This document shows positions 14,921-27,070 of a stretch of 64,000 nucleotides of DNA, piece by piece. The stretch's first letter is position 1; each line of letters starts with the position of its first letter. The stretch is from Octopus bimaculoides (taxonomy: Eukaryota). The position numbers and the translations under genes were made by a program. The notes beneath the pieces are model-generated. The model saw nothing but the letters and a program-made list of their open reading frames with translations, did not search any database and was not told where the DNA came from. Where the stretch lies: positions 64,878,883 to 64,942,882 of the forward strand of contig NC_068992.1 of assembly GCF_001194135.2 (NCBI RefSeq). Reading direction: 5' to 3'.

Positions 14921-15652
14921 ATATAATTTCAGTGAAGTTATTTTCGTATCAAGACAACTGTGGAACTAGGTATCGAATCATGAACGGCTAGATTGCTTTT
15001 AACTCTTTCCACATTTACTACAGGTTAAATAAAAAAAAAGAGTTCTATAATCGCTTTATATATTATCTAGCATGTAGATGTGTGTAAAACATCCATATAT
15101 CGCATAACAACAAACTAACGTTTAAATATTTTAATTTCAAGATGGCTACTAGCACTATTTTAGTCAACCTGCAATCGTTGCGAAACAAGAAATATTAGTA
15201 TTTTGTTTTCGATTTTGAAATATTACGATTATACTCCTTACTTTAATAATTTAATGATAATAGTATTTTATCATTTTAAAAACTTTTACTTTCACAATAG
15301 TTTTAAGATAACTTATTAGAAACGCCTATTCAAATATCGCTCATAGTTATGCAACTATTTTCATATATGTTTACAAGCTTGCATTTACTAAATAAGGATA
15401 TACAAGAGTATTATTACTTATTAGAAGAATGTTTTCAAAATTTGCAATACATCCTGGAATTCTTAATCTATTTTGTCACAATCTATATCTTAAAATTCTG
15501 ACAAAATTACAAGAATTTTTGAAATGTGTTTTCCTGTCTAAACTATTATCTGTTATCCATATTTTCTGTATTCTCTTGAAATGTATTGAGATTAGATACA
15601 CATTTTATATTCATAGATACATATTGAAGTTTTGTTTCTTTTCGTAAAATAA

Positions 15653-15658
15653 TTTATT
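15653..15658 (-). promoter_or_regulatory. Candidate polyadenylation signal (AATAAA) of the nAChR transcript
   Basis: Plus-strand tttatt at 15653-15658, about 285 nt after the stop codon. The hexamer is common in AT-rich DNA, so support is weak. Confidence 0.3.
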
Positions 15659-15799
15659 TTGTAGGTCTGGGAATTAAAAATAAACAAATGAAGAAACAAA
15701 CAGAAAGGAAGATACAACTAAAGTTCTTTCGAAAACTAAAAATATTTTCGATATTTTTACCTGCTACCACTTATTTCTTCTCAAATCAATATGTCTGAC

Positions 15800-15942
15800 A
15801 GCAACTCTATTGATGTTTTTTGTCTATTCCTTACCCCTACAGCTTCCTGTTGCTTCGTCCCTAACTCTCTCTCTATTGGTATTTTATGTTTATCGCTTAG
15901 ACCAACTGCTTCCTGTTGCTTCCTCCTCCAACTCTCTCTATC
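15800..15942 (-). repeat. 66-bp period tandem duplication immediately 3' of the nAChR stop codon
   Basis: gcttcctgttgcttc occurs at 15842-15856 and 15908-15922 with similar flanks, and a partial third unit lies near 15803. Confidence 0.8.
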
Positions 15943-16565
15943 TCAGAAATGTGTTAGTTTGAACCGCGTTAATGGTGATATTACAAGGACCGCTAAAGTC
16001 GAGACAGAAGTCCCGATTAGAAAAATCCAGAAGAGTATTCTGTCTACAACTTGGGCTACTCGTCTCCATTCCTGCATCATTTCGTAATCTCTATCTTCTC
16101 TTTCGTGTTTGTCGATGATTCTTCGCAGGGCTTTCAATATTTCTTCGTTGGTGCGCGCGTGAGACCAGGAGGTCCGCTCTGAGTGTTTTAAATTGTTTTC
16201 GTTCTGGTGTACATTGTGCAAGCATTCCGATCTTTCGGCAATCCGCGTGCCGTGACACTCCACTACTGTAACTGTGTCGGTGATCTTGCTGTCTAACTGG
16301 ATTTCACTCTGAAGTTCTTGAGCAATATTTTCAAGGGTGAGTTTCAGGGAGACATTCCGAATGAAATGACCATCATCGGAATAGCAGTGGCTGTAGGACG
16401 GTTCACTGCTGACACAGAAAAAGTGTGAGAGCTTTTCGAGGAAAACCTTTCGTATCCAGATGGGAACACCATGTTTACTTGGCCCACGATGGTGAAGGTT
16501 TAACACTAGAACTGTCATAATGACAGACACTGAGGTCAAGGACATTACAATTGTCAGGTATATAC
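15943..16565 (-). CDS. Nicotinic acetylcholine receptor alpha subunit, terminal coding exon: M3, intracellular loop, MA helix, M4, stop
   Basis: Acceptor ctctttctttctag|GT at 16566/16565 joins in phase with the upstream exon (A+GT = Ser, giving VPLISIYLTIVMSLTSVSVIMTVLVLNLHHR). Contains the typical EWRRVAQVVDRILFWIF before M4. TGA stop at 15945-15943. Confidence 0.96.
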
Positions 16566-17748
16566 CTAGAAAGAAAGAGAAAAACAACGAATCATTGTTT
16601 AGGAGACTAAATATTTCACAGACAGGTTACTTCATCGAATTTCAACTTGGTAAATAACTTTAGATACATTTTAACATCATTTTACAGGGTTTTCTTCATA
16701 AAAATAAAGTTTCGGAGACATTTTAGTACAAACTTGTTACAAGTTGTTCAAAAATATACATCGTCTCGTATAGCCAGCTGGAGACGATATCTCCTGGGTT
16801 TAAATTACAGCAACATTCGTTCTAAACCAGGACTGCCATGTTATGTTGGCAAACAATATTTACTACAAAGTACTGTGGTTGAATATCTCTCCTTGTGAGA
16901 TTTAAAAATAGTTATTTTCAAATGTGTTACATTCTTTAAAGATTTTTTAATATAATTTCCGGTTTTCTTAACGGAAATAAATATAATTAAAAAAAGTATT
17001 GCAAGAGCAACTTACAGTTTAAAAGATTATTTAATACTAGGACATTTTAATATTGTCTCGAGAGAAGAGGAGAATATGACATTTCATTTGTCATCAATGA
17101 ATTTAGCTATGACAGTGGATTTAGTTATAAGAAATTTCATGTAAAAGGCTATCAATTTAACCAGGAGAATAGGTCATACCGTATTTTGACGCCGGAATTA
17201 GTGATCCGGGCCTCACAGAGGTAATGTAAAAGACCGAGACCTCTGGAGATATCCTGTGACTGAGAAGACCCGACAACTACAGTGAGTTCACAGCTGTAAC
17301 CTACACCAGTGTCGCTTAACCAGCCCACTCAAAAATACCTTGGATCGTAGAGTGACATGCCGTGCTTGAGGAGACCTATTGAGTCAAGTACATCAGAGTC
17401 AAAATCAAATGGAAATTGTAGTCGTGATCCCCGTGCCGGTAGCACGTAAAAATCACCAACCGATCGTGATCGTTGCCAGGCCCTTCTGGCCCGTGTGCCG
17501 GTGGCACATAAAAAGCACACACTGCACTCTCGGAGTGGTTGGCATCCAGCTGTAGAAACACTGCCAGATCAGACTGGGGCCTGGTGCAGCCTCCTGGCTT
17601 CCCAGACCCCAGTCGAACCGTCGAACCCATGCCAGCATGGAAAACGGACGTTAAAGGATGATGATGATGATGATGATGTATGGATGTATGTGTATGCGTG
17701 AGTATGTATAAATGCATATATATATATATATCAATAATTTTTACTTAC
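16566..17748 (-). other. GT-AG phase-1 intron of the nAChR gene (1183 nt)
   Basis: Minus-strand GTAAGT donor at 17748 and polypyrimidine tract with AG acceptor ending at 16566. The reading frame is restored across the junction. Confidence 0.93.
17190..17678 (+). mobile_element. GC-rich SINE-like retroposon with a (GAT)n tail, antisense within the nAChR intron
   Basis: GC-rich block in an AT-rich intron, ending aacccatgccagcatggaaaacggacgttaaag(gat)n. Internal duplication gtgccggtagcacgtaaaaa (17433) and gtgccggtggcacataaaaa (17495). The tail resembles RTE-type 3' ends, from memory only. 5' boundary approximate. Confidence 0.65.
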
Positions 17749-18284
17749 TTATAAGTGGGACAAATTCTGAGGTTTCTGGAAGATTCTCTGCAACTGCAAG
17801 CATGAAGACAGAGAAAGCGAGCAGAACTGTGATTCCTAGGGCGATCTTCTCACCAGAATCTGGAGGTAGACAGAAGACTAACAGCGTTAATGCAGACATC
17901 ATGATACAAGGAAACACTACGTTGTACATGTAGTATAAGATCCGACGTCGAATGTGGACAAAGAAGGTCACATCGGGAAAGGGTTCCGGGCAGCAGCTGT
18001 ACGTGACTACGTTGCGGATGATTTTGATGGACAGGAGCTCCCACTCGCCGTTGACCACATAATTAGAAAGGTCCACTTCACTGGTCTGGTTTGTTACATC
18101 CACTTGAAACCCATCATATGTCCATGAACCGAATTTCAGTTTACACATCTGCTCGTCAAACGGGAAATAAGTGACGTCCACTTTGCAGGAACTTTGAAGC
18201 TTGGTTGGTATGGGCCAAAACACTTCTCCTGTATGTTTAACCATGGCGTTAGCTGGCATCAAACCCTCCGTGTATTCAGCAGCA
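17749..18284 (-). CDS. Nicotinic acetylcholine receptor alpha subunit (alpha9/alpha10-like), internal exon: loop E, Cys-loop, loops B and C, M1, M2 and the M2-M3 linker
   Basis: Translation AAEYTEG...SSCKVDVTYFPFDEQMCKLKFGSWTYDG (C-x13-C Cys-loop, loop B Trp), VTYSCCPEPFPDV (vicinal Cys of loop C), M1, then PPDSGEKIALGITVLLAFSVFMLAVAE (M2) and ENLPETSEFVPLI. Acceptor ttgcag|T at 18285/18284, donor A|GTAAGT at 17749/17748. 536 nt, phase 2 in, phase 1 out. Confidence 0.97.
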
Positions 18285-18521
18285 CTGCAAGATATCAAGT
18301 ATATTATAACAGACAATTAGGTCTTTGGTGTATTTATTGTTACGTATTATTTTATAAAATCTAAGTTAACATCTAATAACACATAACATGATGTATTAAG
18401 ATAATATAATTTTGCAGAATTAAAACATATTTACAACGGAGCAGAAATATATACTATGCCATTTATAATTTCTGTATTGGTATTGTATTGGTATTAATGG
18501 TTCAAATAAATTAATGGTTCA

Positions 18522-18560
<39 letters not shown>

Positions 18561-18643
18561 TGTGCGTGTGCACATATATGTAAATATATGCACTATCATT
18601 TCATAATTAAACACACACATACATACACATATACACACATATG

Positions 18644-18961
18644 CAGTAATCACTTGCTATATCGCGGTTAACTTATCTCGCACTCAGTACATCGCGGATT
18701 TTTCTGGCTAATGTATGTAAATTTATATCGCCGACTCCACAGTATATCGCGGGTTTCTGTGGACGATAGGTAGTTATATTTGTTTAGATTTCAATTATTT
18801 CTTTATGGCAAAGTAAGCATTTTCACGCCTAAGAATTGATAAATTAATAAATAAAATTACAGTACAGTACTGCACTGTATAACACATTCGCGGATTTTCT
18901 CTTATCGCCGGTGTGTGTGTGTGTTTAGAACGTAAAACACACGATAGTCGAGCGATTCCTG
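18644..18961. mobile_element. Tigger/pogo-like non-autonomous DNA transposon (MITE), degraded
   Basis: Left end CAGTAATCACTTGCTATATCGCGG. The reverse complement of the right end reads CAGGAATCGCTCGACTATCGTG and is followed by TA (18962-18963). Internal repeated atcgcgg motifs are typical of Tigger-type subterminal repeats. Confidence 0.6.
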
Positions 18962-19365
18962 TATGTCTGTGTGTATGTTTGTGTGTGTTTGTGCGTATAT
19001 GTATTGAGGCATAACTATATCAACGAAACCACACACATCAACAAGCGCATGTCTGGCACATACATGTATATGTGTACAAGCGCACACAAACACACACACA
19101 CAACACACACACGTACATTCATATGAGTGTAAGCGTGTGCGCGCGTGTGTATGTGTATGAATATATGTTTATAGATATCCAGTAAAAATGTTTACAAATA
19201 CATGCATATAACTGCGCAGAAAGATAGAGATACAGTTACGTGCATACACACATACATACACGCACGCACGCACACATATACATATACATGTATGTATGTG
19301 CATGTAAGTGTGTCTGTATGTATATATGTACGTATTCGTATATATATATATATGAATATTTGCAT

Positions 19366-19399
<34 letters not shown>

Positions 19400-19617
19400 N
19401 NNNNNNNNNNNNNNNNNNNNNNNNNNNNNNNNNNNNNNNNNNNNNNNNNNNNNNNNNNNNNNNNNNNNNNNNNNNNNNNNNNNNNNNNNNNNNNNNNNNN
19501 NNNNNNNNNNNNNNNNNNNNNNNNNNNNNNNNNNNNNNNNNNNNNNNNNNNNNNNNNNNNNNNNNNNNNNNNNNNNNNNNNNNNNNNNNNNNAAGAATTC
19601 GTCCTATTATTGAATTT

Positions 19618-19676
<59 letters not shown>

Positions 19677-21742
19677 CGCGCTCGTTCGTATGCCTATATA
19701 GTGAGTCAATATGTTCAATTTCTTCAATTGTTGACCTACAAAATTGTATTAGTCGTCAATAAAAGCAAGTTTCTTTCTGAAACTAGGTCAAGCGGTGATT
19801 TACATCAAAGTCTGTTTATCATTTTTCTCAGACTGCATGTATCACAGAGATAACTGCTAACAATGTGGCTTTGATTGACATGTCTTTTTTTTTAAATATT
19901 TCTTCTTTCTATATATCATTACCTTATAATAAATCATCGTCATCGTCACCGTGAATTATTGTCCACAGCATCGTCATCGTCGTCGTTCGAAAAGACGTCA
20001 TCACCACCGTCCTTCCACTTTCTCCTCATCCGCTATCTCATCCTCAACCTCATTATCATATTCCTCCTCCTCTCCATCATCAACCTCATCATTATCTGTA
20101 GTAGCAGTATCACTTTTGGGTGAGTGTGCCGAGAATTGTTTTTCTAGTTTCTGTGCATCCGAAAACTTGTTGAAGAAATGAATTTAACCAAAAGTCGCAA
20201 AAATAAAAACATGAAGGAACGTGACGAAGCAGAGTAGAAGGATACTGATTTCGAACCCAAGTACAAGGCTTCTGGTTTTGGTCAAGGATATAGCTTAGTA
20301 TATCGACCCAACTATTTGGTTCACATATCCTTTTATCAATCCCAGAAAAAACGAATAGCAAGTTTAGAACATAAAAAAGGCGCAACTAATTACACAAAGA
20401 CATTATGTCCGATGCTCCATCGATTTTGATAATTTAAAAAATATTAACAAGAAAATTTATTGCGTCAGTTTCCCATGACTTGTTGGAGGCATTCAAATTA
20501 TGAGTTTCAATGGCGCTATAATTACATATATTGTGTAATTTACAAGTCACATTGCTGCTCCACCACAACCTGCAAAATTTGATATCAATAAACCTCGTGG
20601 AATATAAGATATCTCTTTCAATAGATTCGTTTGTGTTGAAGTAACTCAATCGTCTTTAAGTAAATCAGTCTTTGCTTTGTCGCTCATCCAAAACTTGTAA
20701 ATTACCACGCAGCAGACAGCTTTCAAAATTGGCAACTGAAATCTTAAAGACCGTATTATATCACAAAGACAACAACTACTACACCACCAGTTCCACCACC
20801 ACCACCACCACCACCACCACTNNNNNNNNNNNNNNNNNNNNNNNNNNNNNNNNNNNNNNNNNNNNNNNNNNNNNNNNNNNNNNNNNNNNNNNNNNNNNNN
20901 NNNNNNNNNNNNNNNNNNNNNNNNNNNNNNNNNNNNNNNNNNNNNNNNNNNNNNNNNNNNNNNNNNNNNNNNNNNNNNNNNNNNNNNNNNNNNNNNNNNN
21001 NNNNNNNNNNNNNNNNNNNNNNNNNNNNNNNNNNNNNNNNNNNNNNNNNNNNNNNNNNNNNNNNNNNNNNNNNNNNNNNNNNNNNNNNNNNNNNNNNNNN
21101 NNNNNNNNNNNNNNNNNNNNNNNNNNNNNNNNNNNNNNNNNNNNNNNNNNNNNNNNNNNNNNNNNNNNNNNNNNNNNNNNNNNNNNNNNNNNNNNNNNNN
21201 NNNNNNNNNNNNNNNNNNNNNNNNNNNNAATTCTTCAATAATTTCAACTCAAATTTAACGAATAACTGGTCATTTGTATGAACGAATCTTACGCCGTTTG
21301 TAATCTTCTAATTATAGTAAATTAGCAGCGACTTCTTAATTAGCTGGTCATCCAAAAGTCTGTTGCTGAAGATGTGTCAACTACGTAACAGGGAAGCTGA
21401 AGTTACTATGCGAAAACAATGCGCAAAAATCTTCAGAAATAAAGTAATCTTCCATAAAAGAAAAATTATAAGAAATTTGGAAGTAAAAGAGACGAAGACA
21501 TCAAGAATATAAATGAAGAATATGTATATATATATATAAATAGAATGGAAAAGCAAGCATTTCCTTCCTTCTTTAATAAAGATTCTAATTAAACTGATCA
21601 AAGGAAGATATTATGTGATTTGAAGAATAAAAATAAAATATACGCGAAGAAAAAAATATAAATAATGAAAATCTCAGTAAAATTATATAATTTTTTGCTT
21701 AAGAAAGTAATCTTTTCATAAATCAAACACACACAGATACAA

Positions 21743-21800
<58 letters not shown>

Positions 21801-21801
21801 G

Positions 21802-22110
21802 CAGGGTGTCCCAGAATTAACTATCTATTTCAATGAAGTCGGGCAAATAAAAATAAAAATAGAGTGACAAAATTTTATGTTTATTATTTAATTATGATAA
21901 AACAAATAGATTTATAAATCTGACGTCAAAACTTTATTGAAAATTTTCAACATGTGCTCCGTCTGTATCCCTGGAAGTTTCAAACCAATCCATTTTGAAA
22001 CAATTCAGGAGTTATCTCCTGTACTGCTAACTAAATGCGTTCTTTAAGTTCAGTTAAACTATCGCTCCACCCTGAGAACGGAGTTAGAGGAAATAACTGC
22101 AGTCAAATTG
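21802..22110 (-). mobile_element. Tc1/mariner transposon remnant (transposase C-terminus plus terminal inverted repeat)
   Basis: Terminus CAGGGTGTCCC at 21802. Minus-strand translation gives SLTELKERI*LAVQEITPELFQN and DTDGAHVENFQ* (stop 21936-21934), matching the end of mariner-type transposases (ELKERI...IT.E.L...GGHxE). Confidence 0.6.
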
Positions 22111-22603
22111 AAAAAAAATTACCGTGGACAGAAAAGCGGGGTCGAACAGGAATAGAATCCTCTGCACTCTCCTCAGATTGACAAACACTCTGATATGTCC
22201 GTACTGGAGCTTCCGGTGCGAATGCCAGGCAGAACGGCATGTCATTTCTAAATTTCTGGCGGAATGAATTACGTCATGGTGTTGTTTTTCTCAGAGACGG
22301 TGCCCAATTCACCCTACTACAACATGTGATCGACAAAATTAAAATAAATCAATTCGCATGCGCAAAATTATATATACATATATGTATATATCCTAGGGCA
22401 TATATTTTCAAGCATGAATGAAATCATCTGCACACATTACAGATCATATACAATTACTACCATAAGACGACACATAAAATGCTACACAATACACAGACAA
22501 ATACACACATGCGCACGCATATCTGTCTACATCTCTCTTTCCTCATATATCTTTACCATATATACATATATATACACACATACATACATATATACATATA
22601 CAA

Positions 22604-22654
<51 letters not shown>

Positions 22655-22728
22655 NNNNNNNNNNNNNNNNNNNNNNNNNNNNNNNNNNNNNNNNNNNNNN
22701 NNNNNNNNNNNNNNNNNNNNNNNNNNNN

Positions 22729-22780
<52 letters not shown>

Positions 22781-22874
22781 CATACATACATACACATGTA
22801 TATTTATATATATATATATGTATATATAGATAAATATACGTATATATATATGTATGTATATGAATATATTTACA

Positions 22875-22950
<76 letters not shown>

Positions 22951-23744
22951 CATGTACACCTTTAGATATGCGTATACGGTGTATAAGTGCTTATATTGCT
23001 ATGATACACAACATGTTTAAATTCAGACCATGTATCCACGCCGCACACAGACACTCACACACACAGACACTCACACACACACATGTATATAAACATAGAG
23101 AAGTATATGAAAACACTGAAACGCAAAGAAAGAACTCTAAGTAATATCAGCAACTCTTCTGTTTCTATTAAAAAAATGGAAGGAAACAGCACAAATAAAT
23201 ATCGAAAGAAAAACTAATGCCCAAAACGAAAACAATACAAAATATACACATCAAAACAATAGGAATAAACACCACAACAGCACAAGTTATTGATTATTCT
23301 GACACACTTTGTGAAAAATTAATAAATATAAATTAAAGAAAAAGATAGATTTAAAGCAAGGGATTGTGAAAGAGATGAAGAAGAAGGAGAAAGAGAAGAA
23401 GGAGGAGGAGGAGGAGGAGACGAAAAATTCAAAGAAGAAGACGAAGAAGAAAGGTGTAAAAGGAGAAGTAGAAGAAGAAAAAATAAGAATAAGAATAAGA
23501 AGAACCGTCTGGTAAAGAATAGACAAATAGATTTCTTTGTATAGACTTGTGATTCCATGTTTGGTTGGAGGGTGTTTTGGAAAATTGCTATTCAAGATTG
23601 TTGTGTTAGAAATATAAATGAGACAACGGCGATTGACGAACGCAACAAAAAGATTAATAAATAGGATGCGGTGGGGGTCTGTAGAAATATTCACCCAAAG
23701 AAAAATATCTAATGATCATCACCATAGTTGTCATTGTTGTTATC

Positions 23745-23795
<51 letters not shown>

Positions 23796-24688
23796 GTTAT
23801 CTGCTTTGGCATTTTTTTCCTATCATCTTTCTCCTTCGTCAGTACAGTCACAACCGATGGGGTACCAAACCAATTTCATCAACCACCTTTATATCAGATT
23901 CCCTCTTTTTGACCTTAACCCCGCCCCAAACCCTTCCAACAACCAGCAACCTTCATCGCCCTATCCGAATGCAGCAGTGTATAAAAGAAAAGAGGGGAGT
24001 GCACATTTAGCAGGATTTATCAAACTGTGAAACATTCTCCAGAAAAGACATTATTTTGAAACGCACTTGTTTTCCGTGTTGTTTTTTTTTTAAATTACAA
24101 AAACAAATATTTAAATTTAAAAATATAATTAATTCTAAAAAATATCAAAACCCCACAAAAACAAAAGCAATTCTAAATGTTCACTTATTTATTTTATTGC
24201 CATTTCTTTAAATATTTTTTTATATGGTATATGTTTTTCTTTATTGTTTTCATTTTATATATTTCTCAAGTAGTAACGAGAGATAAAAAAAAACACGCAC
24301 ACACACACATACAAACACGCACACAGATGCGTACGCACACAGATGCGTACGCACGCTCATACTTTACAATTAACGAAACAAAAGAAAGCTGACTTCTAAA
24401 TGAATTATGATTAATTAATTATTCCCTTTTCCCATTTAAGGAGCGATATTTATCTTGTCTAAAAGCAATGTTTATGAGAAGACAAAAGAAATCCACAACT
24501 AAAACACGTAAAGTGAATTAGACTTTTGAAATACAAAACGTTCTGTCAATAAGTATTGAAACCTTTTAAATTTGTGGTTGAAATATATAAGTACTATGAA
24601 GAGTACATCCGACTATGTATATAATCAAATAAAATTCGGGTTAAAAGCTTGTAGAATGTTATGCAAAGCTCTCTCCCACTCCCAGCCA

Positions 24689-24842
24689 TGGCTTTGTGGT
24701 AAGACGTTTGCTTCCAAACCACTTGGTTCCAGGTTCAGTTCTGCTAAAGAGCACTTTTGGCAAGTTTATTCTGCTATAGCCTCGAATCTATCAAAGCCTT
24801 GTGAGTGGATTATTTTGTTGATGGAAATCGAAAGAAGCCCCT
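24689..24842 (+). mobile_element. SINE family B, 5' half
   Basis: tRNA-like head tggctttgtggtaag...ccaggttcagttc, then gctatagcctcg...aaagccttgtgagtggatt...ggaaatcgaaagaagccc running into (TA)n. Confidence 0.7.
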
Positions 24843-25918
24843 CATATATATATATATATATATATATATGCCATTCTTCAGTTTTATTTCAAGATTTCTT
24901 GCCAATAGAGAAAAAACCGGTTTCTAACTTAGATTCAAGGCTCCTTCATTGGAATTTAAACATCAACAACAAGGTATTTGTGTATATATATGTATGTATG
25001 CATGTAGATGAGCAGATGTGTATGTTTTGCTTTATATATGTATTCTCATGCATATAGTTGCATATATAGACATTCGTATATATTTAAATGATAAACTTCT
25101 GCAAAAGTTTACAGACTTTTACAGTTCCACTGCAATGAAGAATACATCTGACACCGTACATTGATAAGGGAGCTGTTTCAACGATAGTGTTACTTTGAAT
25201 ATTTTATGAAGTGGTGAAGTAGTTTTCGTATTGCATGTCCTAATCCCACTGCGTTCTTCGAAAATGAGAGCAGTCGATTGGCGGAAATATATGTGAATCG
25301 GAAAGGTGCAGTCGAGGTTCAGATGTCGGGGCAAGAACAACAAATTGAAGATTAAAAACATCTAAAACGAAGACGAAGAAGAAGAGCAGCGAAGAGAGAA
25401 AACATTGAACGAGAAGAAGAGCCGCAGCCGTTATATAATTTTCTGTGTGTTTTATAAAACTGCTTTGTCATTGAATTGTTTCCGAGTGTTCTTTTCAATT
25501 GCCTCTGTGTGGTAATAATCGGCCAGTTTCCACAATACCCCTCCCCCGAACTTGCTGGCCTTGTGCTAAAATTTGAAATCAATTACTTGTAAGGTAATAA
25601 TTAATATTCATAAAATACGTAAGAAGGAAGCTTTATGACGGCAGCAAGTTGATGTTTTATGAGAGAAATAGTCAAAAGTATCGACTGTACTTTGGAGGTC
25701 TTCAAGTATAATCATGGTTTATGATATGATGAGTGCGTCTTGTTAGGCAAAAAAACAAACAAACAAACAAACGAATAAATTGAGACGCAGATTTATTACT
25801 AAGTGCAAACTGAATGAAATTAATTTTCGGATTAATTTGTTGTTATAAAAGTTCAGAAAAACTGTCATTATAATTAGCTCCAGAGGGAATATAAGTTAGA
25901 TTGGAAAGAGTATGTGTC

Positions 25919-25921
<3 letters not shown>

Positions 25922-26007
<86 letters not shown>
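25922..26007. repeat. (GA)n microsatellite
   Basis: Read directly from the sequence. Similar long (GA)n tracts lie at 33350-33432 and 53801-53871. Confidence 0.98.
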
Positions 26008-26010
<3 letters not shown>

Positions 26011-26868
26011 GGAAGATAGAGAGGAGATTTATTCAGTGTTAAAAGCTCTGTAAGTCTTCTGTTAAACATTTCCTTCATCGCATTACAGGTTGAGAAGCAA
26101 AACTGTTATTTCTGTAAGTAAATTGAATTCAAGAAAACACATCACCGAATTATGAGCCATTATATGGTGGAATGCCATCAATCAATGTAGACTTAAAATT
26201 TTTACCTTCTACGATTTATGGAGGGGAAAATAAAAAAGGATATTTTCAAGATAGAATGGTTTAGTGAATGATTCATTTTTCATGTTCTATAATGTAGTTT
26301 TAAAGTTCCACAAGATTTATGGGGTGCCGCGTTATCAACAAAGAAGGAGCAAAAAATAATTGCATAAAGGTCGTAAAAAATGAACAAACTATTACTACGA
26401 GGCTTACAACATAGTTTGTGGTTCTAGGGACGATCCCTCACTGAACTTGGAAGATTTATACGCGGAAGATTTATACAGCTGTCAATTACACAGAGCTGAT
26501 AGTTTTAATGAGACTGGTGTCTGGTACATCGTCAATGTATCTATTTACAACTTCGTGATAGTGGCTTTGGCACATTCTTTGTTCTTGTGTTCATAATAGC
26601 TGCTTTAAAGGGTTGGTAGAAACGTATTACTCTTAACTTCTTTATTCAGCCAGTGTAGAGAGAAAGAAATTGAGAGAGGGAGAGGAAGGCTAAGAGAAAA
26701 AAGAAAGAGAGAAGGAGAGAGAGAGAGAGACAAAGAAATGGAGAGGGAATCGGTGCTTGATTAGTTCTATATTTATGTATATATGGATGTGCTGTACAGA
26801 TTGACCAAAAGTCTAACAAGTTCAGTTCGCAACCACAAGCACCCGGATTCAATATTCTTTTCTACTCT

Positions 26869-27070
26869 AGACACAAGGCCCGAAATTTTTTGGGGAGGAG
26901 CCAGTCAATCAGGTCAATCGCAGTACACGACTGGTACTTAATTTATCGACCCCAAAAGGTTAAAATGCAAAGTCGACCTCGGCCTAATTTGAACTCAGAA
27001 CGTAGCGGCAGATGAAATACCGCTAAGCATTTCGCCCGGCGTGCTAACGTTTCTGCCAGCTCGATACCTT
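26869..27070 (-). mobile_element. SINE family A, well preserved
   Basis: Complete tail-core-head. On the minus strand the head has the A-box-like TGGCAGAAACGTTAG and the B-box GAGTTCAAATT. Confidence 0.88.

Noticed and set aside
15791-16087. Plus-strand 98-aa ORF overlapping the receptor end
   Set aside because: It is the antisense shadow of the real CDS and the 3' repeat.
17329-17717. Several overlapping ORFs inside the nAChR intron
   Set aside because: They arise from the GC-rich retroposon and show no protein homology.
15943-18284. Cephalopod chemotactile receptor
   Set aside because: The vicinal cysteines and the aromatic residues of loops B and C are largely intact, as in conventional alpha subunits.
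22239-22421. Plus-strand FLRDGA resembling the mariner FQQDGA motif
   Set aside because: It is on the opposite strand to the adjacent transposase remnant and has no supporting motifs.
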